DNA of 64,000 nt from Eubacteriaceae bacterium (GCA_016650045.1 JAENWK010000001.1:17094-81093); one strand, 5' to 3'; numbered from the stretch's first letter, positions 37,208 to 48,246 are shown. Notes: a model not told the origin generated them from the sequence alone. Program-made: numbers and translations.

Positions 37208-37819
37208 ATGCATCTGATTGTGGGATTGGGAAATATCGGCAGTAAATATGATGTGACCCGGCATAATATGGGTTTTAGCGCCATTGACACGCTTAGCAAA
37301 AAAAAAGGAATTTCAGTAACGAAAAAGGAACAAAATGCCTTTACCGGTGTTTATCGTGAGTTTGGACAGAAAATTATGCTGGCCAAACCAACAACCTTTA
37401 TGAATAATAGTGGTCTTTGTGTTTCGGGGCTCGTTCATTTTTATGAAGTTCCTCTGGAAAATCTACTCATCATTTATGATGATATTGACCTTGTTCCAGG
37501 CGATGTTCGGATACGACAGCGCGGTAGCGGCGGTACTCATAATGGGATGCGTTCGATCATTCAAAGTCTGGGAAGTCAGGATTTCCCAAGAATTCGGATT
37601 GGTATTGGTAAACCCAAGGACGGTTTTGATTTAGTGAACTATGTTTTAGGCCGTTTTGCCAAAAGCGAGGAGTCCCTCATGGAAGATGCCGTGATCGAAG
37701 TCGCTAAAGCGGTGGATTATTTTGTGAAAGATGGCGTGGATCTGGCAATGAACCGCATTAATATTCGCAAAAAGCCGGAAAAACCAGTCAGCCTGGAAAA
37801 ACAGGATGAAAATAATTAA
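37208..37819 (+). CDS. pth: peptidyl-tRNA hydrolase
   Basis: LIVGLGNIGSKYDVTRHNMGF signature. Confidence 0.95.
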   Translation: MHLIVGLGNIGSKYDVTRHNMGFSAIDTLSKKKGISVTKKEQNAFTGVYREFGQKIMLAKPTTFMNNSGLCVSGLVHFYEVPLENLLIIYDDIDLVPGDVRIRQRGSGGTHNGMRSIIQSLGSQDFPRIRIGIGKPKDGFDLVNYVLGRFAKSEESLMEDAVIEVAKAVDYFVKDGVDLAMNRINIRKKPEKPVSLEKQDENN

Positions 37820-37898
37820 AATTAAAAAAGATAGTAACATGAAGAGCCTGGGTTGCAAAACCCGGGCTATCAGTGTTTAGAAAAGAAAGAAGGGACAA

Positions 37899-40800
37899 AT
37901 GGATTTACTATATGAGGATCTTCTTGGGCTGGAAAAAACAAAAATTATTCTTAATGCTTTGGCAGCTGGGGAAATTGCAAACCTTTCAAACATCAATAAT
38001 AGCCTTAAAGAAGTATTAACCGGATTAATTTATGAAAATCAGGATAAACGGATTCTCTATGTGACGGCAACCGATTATCTGGCCCAAAAAAAAGCTGCTG
38101 CCTTAAAAGCACTTCTTCCTGAAGCAGTGCTTTATTTTCCCATGGAATCCATTCATGATTATTTTGCGGATGTTCATAGCCTGGAGATAAATCAACAACG
38201 CCTCGACGTTATTGAGAAGATTTTATTAACCAGCAGAGGGGTTGTGGTCACCGGGGTTGAGACGCTGCTGAAAAAATGCCTGCCGCTTGAAAAGTTTCAG
38301 GGACTTGCATTTACCCTGGCCCGGGAAGAATCATGGGATCCTTTGGCTTTGGTGGATCGTCTCTTTGCGCTCGGGTATCATGGGGTTTATCAGGTTGAGG
38401 CCCGGGGACAATATGCCCATCGGGGTGGAATTTTAGATGTATTTCCGCCCACCGCAAGCCAGGCTTACCGAATCGAATTTTTTGGGGATACCATTGAATC
38501 CATTCGATGCTTCGATCCTGAAACCCAACTATCCACCCATGGGGTTGACCGGGTTAGAATACCACCTGGCCGGGAAATTATTCTGGACCCCGATGAGCGA
38601 AAAAAGGCGCTGTCACTCATGAACAGGCATTATGGTGCACTTCCAGAGTATGCGGGACTCATTGAGCGCGTCATGGAAGATCCTGGGGCCCACGATGAAA
38701 CCTTAATTTCTTTTATTAAGAGTGAAGCCTTATTGTTGGATTATCTGGGGGATTGTATTTGTATCTGGGATGAACCACTGCGCATCAGAGAATCCCAGAT
38801 CGTGTTCCAGGAAAAAATTCAACGGAATTTTGAAACCCTCCTGAACGAAAAATTTATGTTTCCTGAGGAACAAAACAAATTTTATTCCCTGTCAAAAATT
38901 GAAAAAGCTATGGAAAACCAGGCTCAGCTAAAACTTCATTTGTTCACATCCAGAGGAAAAAAAGGCGTTTCAGTTAATATGACAGCAAAAGATATTGATT
39001 CCTTATTGGGACAGCCAGCCTTATTTATTCAATTAATCCAGGAGCAACTGAGAAAAAATGTCATAATTAATCTCCGGGCCCGAGATGAGGTGGGACTAAA
39101 TAAGTTAAAAGCGATGATCACTGAAGCGGATATCCACAATTTTACGACATTGGCCAACCCTGGTATTCAGTTATCCATTGGAGAACTGGCCAGTGGTTTT
39201 GAACTTCCGGAAGATGGACTTATTTGTATCAATCAAAGTGAAATTCTAAAGGAATCCATTTCGTCAAGAAAACAGAAACGTAAAAAAGGCCGAAAAATTG
39301 ATTCCTTTACCCAACTCAACCAGGGCGGTTATGTGGTTCATGATACCCATGGTATTGGGATTTACCGAGGCATTGAGCAGCTGAAAATTGATAATACCAT
39401 TAAGGATCTCCTTGTCATTGAATACGCCAATGATGCGCGTTTTTATTGCCCTGTGGATCAAATGGAAGCTATCCAGGTGTATGTGGGAACGGGCGAGAAA
39501 AACCCCAGGATCAACCAGCTGGGAACCAATGATTGGAATAAATCAAAGTCCCGGGTGAAAGCAGCTGTTGAGGATATGGCCGATGAACTCATTGCTCTCT
39601 ATGCCAAAAGGCGCAGTTTGGTAGGTTATGCTTTTGGGCCGGATTCCAGTTGGCAAACCGAATTTGAAGAGTCCTTTCCCTATATGGAAACCAATGATCA
39701 ACTCCTGGCGGTAGAGGAAATCAAAGCGGACATGGAAACGCCGCGACCCATGGATCGACTGCTGTGCGGGGATGTGGGTTACGGAAAAACCGAGGTAGCC
39801 CTTCGGGCTGTTTTTAAAGCGGTGATGGAAGGCAAACAGGTTGTCCTGCTTGTACCCACCACTATTCTTGCTCAGCAGCACTTTCAAACAGCGGTGGATC
39901 GGTTTCAAAAATATCCCATCAGTGTTGGCCTTCTGAGTCGATTCAGGACAAAAACAGAACAGGAAAAAGCGTTGAAAGAACTGGCGGCAGGACAAATGGA
40001 TCTGATTATCGGAACCCATCGACTGTTGTCGAAAGATGTGGTTTTCAAAGATCTGGGATTGCTGGTCGTTGATGAGGAACAACGGTTTGGGGTCCGCCAC
40101 AAAGAGCGAATTAAACAGCTTAAGGAAAATGTGGATGTTCTGACTCTCAGCGCCACGCCGATACCAAGAACCCTTCATATGTCGATGGTAGGGGTTCGGG
40201 ATATGAGCGTTATTGATGAACCGCCAGCCGGTAGGCGACCGGTTCTGACCTATGTTATGGAATATAATGCTGCCATTATTAAAGATGCCATTGAACGAGA
40301 ACTCAGTCGCCAGGGTCAGGTTTTTTTTGTTCACAACCGCATCCACGATATTTTTGAAGTTTCAAGAAAACTTCAAAAGCTGGTGCCCGAGGCCCGGATT
40401 GTTGTGGCCCACGGACGCATGACCGGTCCCGAGCTTGAGGATATTATGGTTGATTTTCTTAAAGAGGACTATGATATTTTAGTCACCACGACGATCATTG
40501 AATCAGGACTGGATATAAAAAATGCCAATACCCTGATTATTGACAATGGCGATCATATGGGGCTTTCCCAATTGTATCAGCTTCGCGGTCGGGTCGGGCG
40601 TTCGGATGTCCAGGGTTATGCCTATGTGACACACAAACCAAAAGTCCTTTCTGAAATATCACAGAAGCGTTTAAAAGCCATTAAGGATTTTACCGCTTTT
40701 GGATCCGGATTCAAGATTGCCCTTCGGGATCTGGAAATAAGGGGGGCTGGGAATATTTTAGGATCAGCCCAGTCTGGAAATCTGGCAACCATTGGCTATG

Positions 40801-41330
40801 AGTTGTATTGTCGAATTCTTGAAGAGGCTGTTTCCAGGCGTCTGGGCAAAGACCAGGGGTTTATGGCCAGTGAACTCATCATCAATTTGGATGTGAGCAG
40901 TTATATTCCGGAAAACTATATTAGTAACGAAGAACTTAAATATGACATTTACAAAAAATTATCCTATGTTAAGTCTCAAGCGGATTATGAAGAGTTGGAG
41001 GATGAGCTGTTGGATCGTTTTGGAGAAATCCCAGATGGTGTTTATAACCTCATGGCTCTGGCAATGATCAAGCATTTGGGAAGATCACTTGGAATGACTG
41101 AGATTCGGGAACGTGGGCACAGCGTTCTCTTTACCTTTGATGGGTCCAAAGAAGTGCCAATTCCGAAACCTGAACTGATGAAACAACTTTTTGATCTTTA
41201 CAATATTAAGTTTAACGCCGGTAAAGGGAATCAACTGCGCTGGCGGATCCTATTAAAACATGAAAAAGATCAGATTTATCTAAGAGAATTGGGAAAATTT
41301 CTTGAAATGTTGGAAACTCAAAAAAATTAA
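37899..41330 (+). CDS. mfd: transcription-repair coupling factor
   Basis: 1143 aa. CarD-like domain, helicase motifs GDVGYGKTEV and DEEQRFG, C-terminal TRCF domain. Confidence 0.95.
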   Translation: MDLLYEDLLGLEKTKIILNALAAGEIANLSNINNSLKEVLTGLIYENQDKRILYVTATDYLAQKKAAALKALLPEAVLYFPMESIHDYFADVHSLEINQQRLDVIEKILLTSRGVVVTGVETLLKKCLPLEKFQGLAFTLAREESWDPLALVDRLFALGYHGVYQVEARGQYAHRGGILDVFPPTASQAYRIEFFGDTIESIRCFDPETQLSTHGVDRVRIPPGREIILDPDERKKALSLMNRHYGALPEYAGLIERVMEDPGAHDETLISFIKSEALLLDYLGDCICIWDEPLRIRESQIVFQEKIQRNFETLLNEKFMFPEEQNKFYSLSKIEKAMENQAQLKLHLFTSRGKKGVSVNMTAKDIDSLLGQPALFIQLIQEQLRKNVIINLRARDEVGLNKLKAMITEADIHNFTTLANPGIQLSIGELASGFELPEDGLICINQSEILKESISSRKQKRKKGRKIDSFTQLNQGGYVVHDTHGIGIYRGIEQLKIDNTIKDLLVIEYANDARFYCPVDQMEAIQVYVGTGEKNPRINQLGTNDWNKSKSRVKAAVEDMADELIALYAKRRSLVGYAFGPDSSWQTEFEESFPYMETNDQLLAVEEIKADMETPRPMDRLLCGDVGYGKTEVALRAVFKAVMEGKQVVLLVPTTILAQQHFQTAVDRFQKYPISVGLLSRFRTKTEQEKALKELAAGQMDLIIGTHRLLSKDVVFKDLGLLVVDEEQRFGVRHKERIKQLKENVDVLTLSATPIPRTLHMSMVGVRDMSVIDEPPAGRRPVLTYVMEYNAAIIKDAIERELSRQGQVFFVHNRIHDIFEVSRKLQKLVPEARIVVAHGRMTGPELEDIMVDFLKEDYDILVTTTIIESGLDIKNANTLIIDNGDHMGLSQLYQLRGRVGRSDVQGYAYVTHKPKVLSEISQKRLKAIKDFTAFGSGFKIALRDLEIRGAGNILGSAQSGNLATIGYELYCRILEEAVSRRLGKDQGFMASELIINLDVSSYIPENYISNEELKYDIYKKLSYVKSQADYEELEDELLDRFGEIPDGVYNLMALAMIKHLGRSLGMTEIRERGHSVLFTFDGSKEVPIPKPELMKQLFDLYNIKFNAGKGNQLRWRILLKHEKDQIYLRELGKFLEMLETQKN

Positions 41331-41392
41331 GGCGAAAATAGACTGTTTTATGTTAGACTAATTAAGATTTTATGAAATAAAAGGAGATTTAC

Positions 41393-42886
41393 ATGAAAAT
41401 GAAGAAAACACGGACATTGGCTGGCTTACTGGCAATCACATTCCTTGTCAGTTTTTTAGGAGCTGGATGCAGTATGGTTCAGGTCAACCCCGAAAAGGAT
41501 AAAAAACAGGCAGTGGCGGAAGTTGATGGAAATCAGATACTTAAAGAAAGCTTTAATAATTATCTAGCCTATTACCAGATGTATTTTGATGCCAGCGGGG
41601 AAACTTTTCCTACCGGAACAGAGTTTACCCAACTTAAAAAAGATCTTTTAGATGATTTAGTTCGGGTGGAAACCATGACAGTTCAAGGCAAAAAAGATGG
41701 CATCACCGTCGATGAAGCTGCTCTTGGAACCGAAGCAACTACCATGATGACCAATCTTAAAACATCACTGGGGGAAGATAAATACAATACGACCCTTGCA
41801 ACATATAATACGGATACGACATCATTTGAAGCATTTCTGACAAAATTTGTTCTTGATAATAATGTTGCCAATACCCTGGCTGCAAATTATGATACCGCCT
41901 TAAAAGCCGACCCCAGTAAAGAATTAAACATCGTTGTGGGTAAAATCAATGGCCAGGATGTTACAAAAGACATTTATAATTATCGTTTAGCCAATGAAGA
42001 ATTTCTCGCTTTTTATCAAACCCAAAAATCCCTGGCAACCGATGCAGCCACTGTGAAAACAGCCAACACCAATATATTTAATACCATTGCCGAACAAAAT
42101 GCCATGATTAAATACGCCGAAGATAATAAATTGACCCTGGCCCAGGACGTCATTGACAGTAATGTTGCCAGTCGGCAGGTCTTTGTGAATTCTCTGCTTC
42201 CCGGAGATGATACCCTGCAAAAATACCTGGATCAAAAATACCTGACAGTTGCACAGTTTCGCGGGTTTCAGAAATTGGATGCTAAGGCAGCAGCAGCCGC
42301 CACAGCCATTCAGGCGGATTTAACCAACAAGGTCACCGTTAGTGATTCGGCTCTTAAAAAATATTATGATGACAATAAAAAATCCTATGACACCAGTACC
42401 GTTTCAGCAAAACATATTTTAGCCGCAGATGAAACATTGGCTAAGCAAATTTACGAAGAAGCAAAAAATGTGAAATCCCCGGAAGAATTTAATGCTCTGA
42501 TCGCAAAATATAAAACCGTGGATGGTGTTAAAGAAGCCACCGACCTGGGTGCCTTTGCCTATGGTAAAATGGTACCGGCGTTTTCAGACGCCGCTTTCGC
42601 ACTGGATAAAGGCGGAGTGAGCCAGCCGGTAAAAACCGATTATGGTTACCATGTTATTTATGTTTATGATAAAACCCAAAGTCAAATCCCGACATTAGAA
42701 GAAAAGAAAACAGAGATTACCGAAGCTGTTAAAACAAAAAAGGGAGCGGATGCCTACACAAAATTCACCGCGGACCTTCTAAAAAAAGAAAAAATTGAAA
42801 TGAATGACATTATCACACCGTTGGAAGCCTATATTAAACAACTCAAAACTGATTTAAATGTCAAAGTTTATGAAAATAGAATCTAG
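41393..42886 (+). CDS. prsA: PrsA-like peptidylprolyl isomerase lipoprotein (SurA-N plus parvulin domain)
   Basis: Lipobox LGAGCS. PpiC rotamase region SAKHIL...GYHVIYV. Confidence 0.8.
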   Translation: MKMKKTRTLAGLLAITFLVSFLGAGCSMVQVNPEKDKKQAVAEVDGNQILKESFNNYLAYYQMYFDASGETFPTGTEFTQLKKDLLDDLVRVETMTVQGKKDGITVDEAALGTEATTMMTNLKTSLGEDKYNTTLATYNTDTTSFEAFLTKFVLDNNVANTLAANYDTALKADPSKELNIVVGKINGQDVTKDIYNYRLANEEFLAFYQTQKSLATDAATVKTANTNIFNTIAEQNAMIKYAEDNKLTLAQDVIDSNVASRQVFVNSLLPGDDTLQKYLDQKYLTVAQFRGFQKLDAKAAAAATAIQADLTNKVTVSDSALKKYYDDNKKSYDTSTVSAKHILAADETLAKQIYEEAKNVKSPEEFNALIAKYKTVDGVKEATDLGAFAYGKMVPAFSDAAFALDKGGVSQPVKTDYGYHVIYVYDKTQSQIPTLEEKKTEITEAVKTKKGADAYTKFTADLLKKEKIEMNDIITPLEAYIKQLKTDLNVKVYENRI

Positions 42887-42902
42887 AATATAAAAATCCC
42901 AG

Positions 42903-42930
42903 GCACTGGAAAATTTTCCAGTGCTTTTAT
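42903..42930 (+). terminator. intrinsic terminator
   Basis: Perfect palindrome gcactggaaaattttccagtgc followed by TTTT. Confidence 0.8.
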
Positions 42931-43027
42931 ATTGCCACTGTTTGATTAAAAGGATATAATTAAAAACAATCTGCGAAAAACATCATCTTAAAGGTGTAGT
43001 GGAAAAATAGTATGAAGAGGATTATCT

Positions 43028-44659
43028 ATGTCGGATAAAACATCAAATTATTTAAAAGGCGCCAGCATTTTAGCGGCTGCCGGAATATTTTCAAGGCTTC
43101 TGGGTCTTTTTTTCAAAATCCCACTGTATCAAATGGTGGGGAGTTATGGGAATGGAATCTATGCCAATGTTACCAACATATACAATCTGTTGTTAATGGT
43201 ATCAACGGTGGGATTGCCTCTGGCCATTTCTAAAATGGTGTCGGAAAACATTGCCAAAGGCGAATACGCCACAGCCCATCGAGTTTTTAAGCTGTCAATG
43301 ACTGCCCTGGTGATTATGGGGAGTATCTCAAGTCTTTTATTGTTTTTTGGAGCGGATTGGATCATTGAAACCGCCAATTGGACATCGGAAAGTTACCCGG
43401 CCATTATAGCCATTGCACTGGCACCTCTGGTTATTTCAGTGTGTTCCGCCTATCGCGGGTTTTTCCAGGGATTTCAGATTATGACACCAACGGCGATTTC
43501 TCAGATCATTGAACAGATTGTTCGGGTTTTTCTCGGGGTTCTTCTATGCTGGGTTTTTGTGGCGAATTTTGGGATTGGTATGGGCGTTGGGGGAGCGGTT
43601 TTTGGAGCCACCGCCGGTGGCCTTGCGGCAGCCATCTTATTGGCCTATCTTTATACCGCTTTTGTGAAGAAAAATCGTCGGCTTCTGAAAAAAAGAACCG
43701 GAAAGCGACAACGCTCAAACAGAGCACTTTTAAAGAGATTAGTGATTATCTCGATTCCGGTTACACTGACAGCGGCACTGGTTTCAATGTTTTCAACCAT
43801 AGACTCGTTTATTTATGTATCAAGATTGGCCCATGCAGGTTTTGGGGCAGTGGATGCGACCATTATGTTTGGGGATTTCAGCAATGCGGAAATTCTCATT
43901 AACATTCCTCTAATTCTCAGTGGAACCCTGGCCATTGCCATGATCCCCACAATTTCCGAATCCTTTGCCCTGCGCAAGCGTGAGGAAACAAACAATAAAA
44001 TTATTTTGTCCATTCGTATTATTTTACTGGTGGCTTTTCCGTCCTGTATTGGATTATCGGTTCTGTCCTTTGGTATCTTTGATCTGCTTTTTCCGGGATC
44101 ACCCTATGGCGGTGCGATTTTAAGCACCTTATCCTATGCCACCATTTTTATGATGCTGTCAAATACCTTCCAGAGCATTCTCCAGTCCATCGACCGTTTT
44201 CGGGTGCCCCTGATTAATTTAGGCGTGGCGATTATTATACGGTTTATTACCGGCTGGATATTTCTTGCCATTCCGGCTATTAATATTTATGGCATTGTTC
44301 TCAGTACCATTATCACCTTTGCCTATTTAACCGTTGCTAATTTCCTTTCGGTCAGGCGTTTCACCGGAGTACACATGGACTTTTTCCATACCCTGGTTAA
44401 ACCCTTGTTTGCCTCGATGATTATGGGACTCATGACCTATTTTACATTCGTATTGGTTTCATTCATGATAGGAAATTTTTTTGGCCTTGTAATCGCCTTG
44501 GTTGTTGCGATTTGTGTCTATGGAATCATTATGATTCTCATTAAGGGAATTACTGAAGAGGAAATCAGATATTTCCCCGGGCATCAACGTCTCCTCCTTA
44601 TTTATGATCGTATTAATCGATTGGTTCCAGGGAGAACCCACCCCAGACGTCGGCCCTAG
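43028..44659 (+). CDS. MOP-superfamily flippase, YabM/SpoVB/MurJ-like
   Basis: 543 aa with about 14 TM segments. N-terminal GASILAAAGIFSRLLG is typical of this family. Occupies the syntenic position of B. subtilis yabM. Confidence 0.75.
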   Translation: MSDKTSNYLKGASILAAAGIFSRLLGLFFKIPLYQMVGSYGNGIYANVTNIYNLLLMVSTVGLPLAISKMVSENIAKGEYATAHRVFKLSMTALVIMGSISSLLLFFGADWIIETANWTSESYPAIIAIALAPLVISVCSAYRGFFQGFQIMTPTAISQIIEQIVRVFLGVLLCWVFVANFGIGMGVGGAVFGATAGGLAAAILLAYLYTAFVKKNRRLLKKRTGKRQRSNRALLKRLVIISIPVTLTAALVSMFSTIDSFIYVSRLAHAGFGAVDATIMFGDFSNAEILINIPLILSGTLAIAMIPTISESFALRKREETNNKIILSIRIILLVAFPSCIGLSVLSFGIFDLLFPGSPYGGAILSTLSYATIFMMLSNTFQSILQSIDRFRVPLINLGVAIIIRFITGWIFLAIPAINIYGIVLSTIITFAYLTVANFLSVRRFTGVHMDFFHTLVKPLFASMIMGLMTYFTFVLVSFMIGNFFGLVIALVVAICVYGIIMILIKGITEEEIRYFPGHQRLLLIYDRINRLVPGRTHPRRRP

Positions 44660-44686
44660 CATTTAATTTTAAAAAGGAAGTGAACC

Positions 44687-46168
44687 ATGTCGCATATTGA
44701 TATTGTCGGGCTGGGACCTGGAAATCCAGGACAGATAACCCTTGAAACATTAGCATTACTTAAGAATACCAATCAGAATTTTTTCAGAACCGAAATCCAT
44801 CCGGTCGTGGATTTTATACGGGAAGAGAAAATATCCTATGAAAGTTTTGATGCTTTTTATGAAACAGAAGCCTCTTTTGAGGATGTTTATGAAAAGATTG
44901 TAGAAAAGCTGATGATGGTTGCAAAAACCGGACAGGACATCGTTTATGCTGTGCCGGGAAACCCTTTGTTCGGGGAAAAAACAGTAGAAAAACTCATTAA
45001 AGTTGCTAAAATTGAAGGATTGGATTATCATATCAGTCCAGGAGTCAGTTTTGTGGATGTTACCATGAATGCCCTTGAAGAAGATCCAATTCATGGGATT
45101 AAAATCATGGATGCCTTTGATTTCAAACAAAGTCCTCCAGATCCTATGATGGCGGTACTCATTACCCAAGTCTATGATAAACACATGGCTTCTGAGCTGA
45201 AACTCGGCCTAATGGAAATTTACGATCCTGAAAAAAAAGTGGTACTCCTGATTAATTCCGGCATTCCCGGGGAAGAAATCATCAAAGAAATCCGTCTTTA
45301 TGAGTTGGACTGGGTTGATGAAATTAATCATCTCACCAGTCTTTATATCCCAACAGAAAAAGATGGTTATCTTGGATTTAATGGCACCCTAGCCATGATG
45401 AAAACCCTCCGAAGTGAGGAAGGATGCGCCTGGGATCGGATTCAAACCCACGAAAGTCTGAAAAATTATCTTTTAGAAGAAAGCTATGAAGTCATTGATG
45501 CCATTGATAATGAGGACTGGGAGAATCTCACTGAAGAATTGGGAGATCTGCTTTTTCAGATTATTTTTCATTCGGAAATTGGAAGCGAAGAAAGTCGCTT
45601 TACCATGAACAACGTGATTAAAGGGATTAACCAAAAAATGATTAGAAGACATCCCCATGTTTTTTTAGACAAAGCTGATTTTGATCCCCTAAGGGTGGAA
45701 ACCAATTGGGATGCCATTAAACGTTTGGAAAAAAGTGACAGCAGCCACCCGAAAGAAATTGAAACCCAGCATCAAATTTCCCGAGAAATGAAACATATTC
45801 CAAAGGCGATGCCGGCGTTGATGGAAGCTTATAAAGTTCAAAAAAAAGCTTCGAAAGTCGGATTTGATTGGGGCGATGCTCTGCCGGCCATGGATAAAAT
45901 TGTTGAGGAAACAGCTGAATTGTGGGAAGCTATGAGAGCGGAGCATTCCGAAAATATCGAGGAAGAGCTTGGGGATTTATTGTTTTCCGTGGTTAATGTG
46001 GCCCGTTTACTTAAAATTCAACCGGAAATGTCCTTAAGAAAAGCAACGCAAAAATTTATCAATCGCTTTGAAGCCATGGAAAAAATTGGAAACCAAGAGA
46101 AAAAAAGCCTGAATGACTACACTTTAGATCAATTAGATGCCATTTGGAACCGGGCAAAAGGGCTTTAA
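44687..46168 (+). CDS. mazG: tetrapyrrole-methylase-domain / MazG nucleotide pyrophosphohydrolase fusion (YabN)
   Basis: N-terminal IVGLGPG methylase-like domain. Two MazG repeats (CAWDRIQTHESL, EELGDLLF twice). Confidence 0.9.
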   Translation: MSHIDIVGLGPGNPGQITLETLALLKNTNQNFFRTEIHPVVDFIREEKISYESFDAFYETEASFEDVYEKIVEKLMMVAKTGQDIVYAVPGNPLFGEKTVEKLIKVAKIEGLDYHISPGVSFVDVTMNALEEDPIHGIKIMDAFDFKQSPPDPMMAVLITQVYDKHMASELKLGLMEIYDPEKKVVLLINSGIPGEEIIKEIRLYELDWVDEINHLTSLYIPTEKDGYLGFNGTLAMMKTLRSEEGCAWDRIQTHESLKNYLLEESYEVIDAIDNEDWENLTEELGDLLFQIIFHSEIGSEESRFTMNNVIKGINQKMIRRHPHVFLDKADFDPLRVETNWDAIKRLEKSDSSHPKEIETQHQISREMKHIPKAMPALMEAYKVQKKASKVGFDWGDALPAMDKIVEETAELWEAMRAEHSENIEEELGDLLFSVVNVARLLKIQPEMSLRKATQKFINRFEAMEKIGNQEKKSLNDYTLDQLDAIWNRAKGL

Positions 46169-46200
46169 AAGCAGAAAAAGCAGAAAAAAGAAAAAAAAAC

Positions 46201-46230
46201 TTGTAATTTACAGGGAAACACGCTTATAAT
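46201..46230 (+). promoter_or_regulatory. candidate hup promoter
   Basis: TTGTAA (46201-46206), 18-nt spacer, TATAAT (46225-46230). Confidence 0.5.
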
Positions 46231-46273
46231 ATTAAACATAGAATACTGGAAAATTATATTATGGAGGAAAAAA

Positions 46274-46549
46274 ATGAACAAATCAGAGTTAATTACTGAA
46301 ATGGCTGAAAAGTCAGGTTTATCGAAGAAAGATTCAGAAAAAGCATTAGGTGCATTTCTTGAGTCAGTTGTTGATACTTTAAAAAATGGAGATAAAGTAT
46401 CCCTGGTTGGTTTTGGAACCTTTGAAGTGAGAGATCGTGCCGCACGTACCGGTCTAAATCCCAGAACAAAAGAACCTATCCAAATTGCCGCATCAAAAGC
46501 TCCTGGCTTTAAAGCAGGCAAAGGTTTTAAAGACGAAATTAATAAGTAA
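46274..46549 (+). CDS. hup: DNA-binding protein HU
   Basis: 91 aa. MNKSELI..GFGTFEVRDRAARTGLNPRT signature. Confidence 0.95.
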   Translation: MNKSELITEMAEKSGLSKKDSEKALGAFLESVVDTLKNGDKVSLVGFGTFEVRDRAARTGLNPRTKEPIQIAASKAPGFKAGKGFKDEINK

Positions 46550-46560
46550 GTTATACAATA

Positions 46561-46594
46561 AAAGCCAGGGCATTGCTCTGGCTTTTTGTTTTTT
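46561..46594 (+). terminator. intrinsic terminator after hup
   Basis: aaagccag...ctggcttttt hairpin followed by a T-rich run. Confidence 0.7.
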
Positions 46595-46636
46595 AAATTA
46601 AGGCTATCTGAAACCATAGAAATACCGAGGTGAAAA

Positions 46637-46876
46637 ATGAGAATTGACAAATTTTTAAAAAATGCCAGAATTATAAAAAGAAGAACCGTTGGTAAAGGAG
46701 CATGTGACGGCGGTCGAATTTCAATTAACGAAAAAGTAGCCAAGGCCGGGGATCGTGTGGCTCCGGGGGATATTATCACCATACGCTACGGTGATGGTGA
46801 ACAAAAAATAGAAGTACTTGAACTATTGGAACATGCACCAAAAGATCGTGCAGCAGATATGTATCGAGAATTATAA
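46637..46876 (+). CDS. yabO: S4-domain RNA-binding protein (YabO-like)
   Basis: MRIDKFLKNARIIKRRT S4 motif. 79 aa. Syntenic position. Confidence 0.85.
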   Translation: MRIDKFLKNARIIKRRTVGKGACDGGRISINEKVAKAGDRVAPGDIITIRYGDGEQKIEVLELLEHAPKDRAADMYREL

Positions 46877-46905
46877 AAGGACTAAAGTAAAAATGGTGAA
46901 AGATA

Positions 46906-47220
46906 ATGACTGAAAAAACAAAAAGGATAATTAAACGTCGGGTTCTAATAGCACTGATGATCATATTTATAGTTGGCTTTACAGGTTATCTTTTTGCTGT
47001 AAATTTTATAATGCAATATGAATTGGAACAACAAAAAAGCCAAATTGTTCAAAAAATTGAAGAGCAGAAAATAAGAAGCAATCAATTAGACGAACAGGTT
47101 AAGCAAATTGGCAGTAAAAGTTACGTGGAATTCGTTGCCCGTAAATATCTGGGACTCTATTATCCGGATGAGGTGATTGTGGTTTCTGTTGACGCTGATA
47201 AGACTGGAGTAAGCAAATGA
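46906..47220 (+). CDS. divIC: septum formation initiator family protein (DivIC/FtsB-like)
   Basis: Single N-terminal TM segment, coiled coil, C-terminal ARKYLGLYYPDEV motif. Confidence 0.75.
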   Translation: MTEKTKRIIKRRVLIALMIIFIVGFTGYLFAVNFIMQYELEQQKSQIVQKIEEQKIRSNQLDEQVKQIGSKSYVEFVARKYLGLYYPDEVIVVSVDADKTGVSK

Positions 47221-48200
47221 TCGAACAGTTGAATAATGAAACAGAGAATAAAGATCTCGAACCGGAAAAAAGCAAGGATAATTTTGCCGTGATTGATATT
47301 GGAACCAATTCGACGCGGATGCTCATTTTTAGAAATGATCAGGAGAATTTAGTTCGGGTCAATAAATCAGTTCGTTATACACGAATGGGTCAGGGGGTCG
47401 ATCGTACCGGTCAGCTTCATCCCGATGCCCAAAAAAGAAATTTAGAGGCATTGGAAGAATACAAAAACATTGCAGAGGACTATGATGTAAAAGCATTTTA
47501 TGTTTTTGGAACCAGCGCGATGCGGGATGCGGAAAATACCCAGGAGTTTACCGACCAGGTCAAAGAAAAGCTGGGATTGGATATTGAAGTGATTTCCGGC
47601 GAAGATGAAGCTGAACTTGGTTTTATAGGGGTTTCTCAAAGTTTTAATGAAAAGTTACTGATCTTTGATATTGGTGGGGGAAGCACTGAATTTATTTTTG
47701 GTGAAAACAATGAATTAAAAAAAATGATCAGCATCAATCTGGGATGTGTTCGAGCAACCGAGAAATACCTGTTTTCCGATCCACCGACCTTTCAGGAGCT
47801 TAAACGGCTGAATGAGGACATCTATGCAGAGCTAATGGAAAAAGTCGGAGATTTTATACCTCAAAGACCTTACAAGCTTATTGGTATTGGCGGAACAGCC
47901 ACAAGTTTGTCAACCATCAAGCAGGGGCTAAGGATATACGATAGTGAAAAAGTTCATGAGAGCATTATAACCCGGGATGAACTGGAAGCCATGATTGAAG
48001 AACTGTCGGGAAAAACCATTGAAGAGCGACAAAATATTGCAGGTTTAGAAGCGAAAAGAGCCGATATTATTTTGGCGGGAGCCCTTATTCTTCTCAATAT
48101 TTTTAAAGTGACCGGGGAAAAAAGTTTTACGGTTTCCGATTTTGATAACCTTGAAGGCGCGGCCTACCGCCATTTTGTCTTGAAAAACAAATTAAAATAA
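47217..48200 (+). CDS. ppx: Ppx/GppA family phosphatase
   Basis: VIDIGTNSTRMLIF and DIGGGSTEF actin-like ATPase motifs of Ppx/GppA. Confidence 0.85.
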   Translation: MIEQLNNETENKDLEPEKSKDNFAVIDIGTNSTRMLIFRNDQENLVRVNKSVRYTRMGQGVDRTGQLHPDAQKRNLEALEEYKNIAEDYDVKAFYVFGTSAMRDAENTQEFTDQVKEKLGLDIEVISGEDEAELGFIGVSQSFNEKLLIFDIGGGSTEFIFGENNELKKMISINLGCVRATEKYLFSDPPTFQELKRLNEDIYAELMEKVGDFIPQRPYKLIGIGGTATSLSTIKQGLRIYDSEKVHESIITRDELEAMIEELSGKTIEERQNIAGLEAKRADIILAGALILLNIFKVTGEKSFTVSDFDNLEGAAYRHFVLKNKLK

Positions 48201-48217
48201 AAATACAGTAAAAGGTA

Positions 48218-48246
48218 TTGACATTGGAATTGAAATGCTGTAAAAT
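48218..48246 (+). promoter_or_regulatory. tRNA operon promoter P1
   Basis: TTGACA, 17 nt, TAAAAT. Confidence 0.55.

Noticed and set aside
39543-40346. 267-aa antisense ORF inside mfd, plus similar long antisense ORFs at 46165-46782, 44756-45184 and 14989-15471
   Set aside because: The sense-strand genes have unambiguous conserved motifs. The antisense products are low-complexity with no recognisable motifs or RBS.
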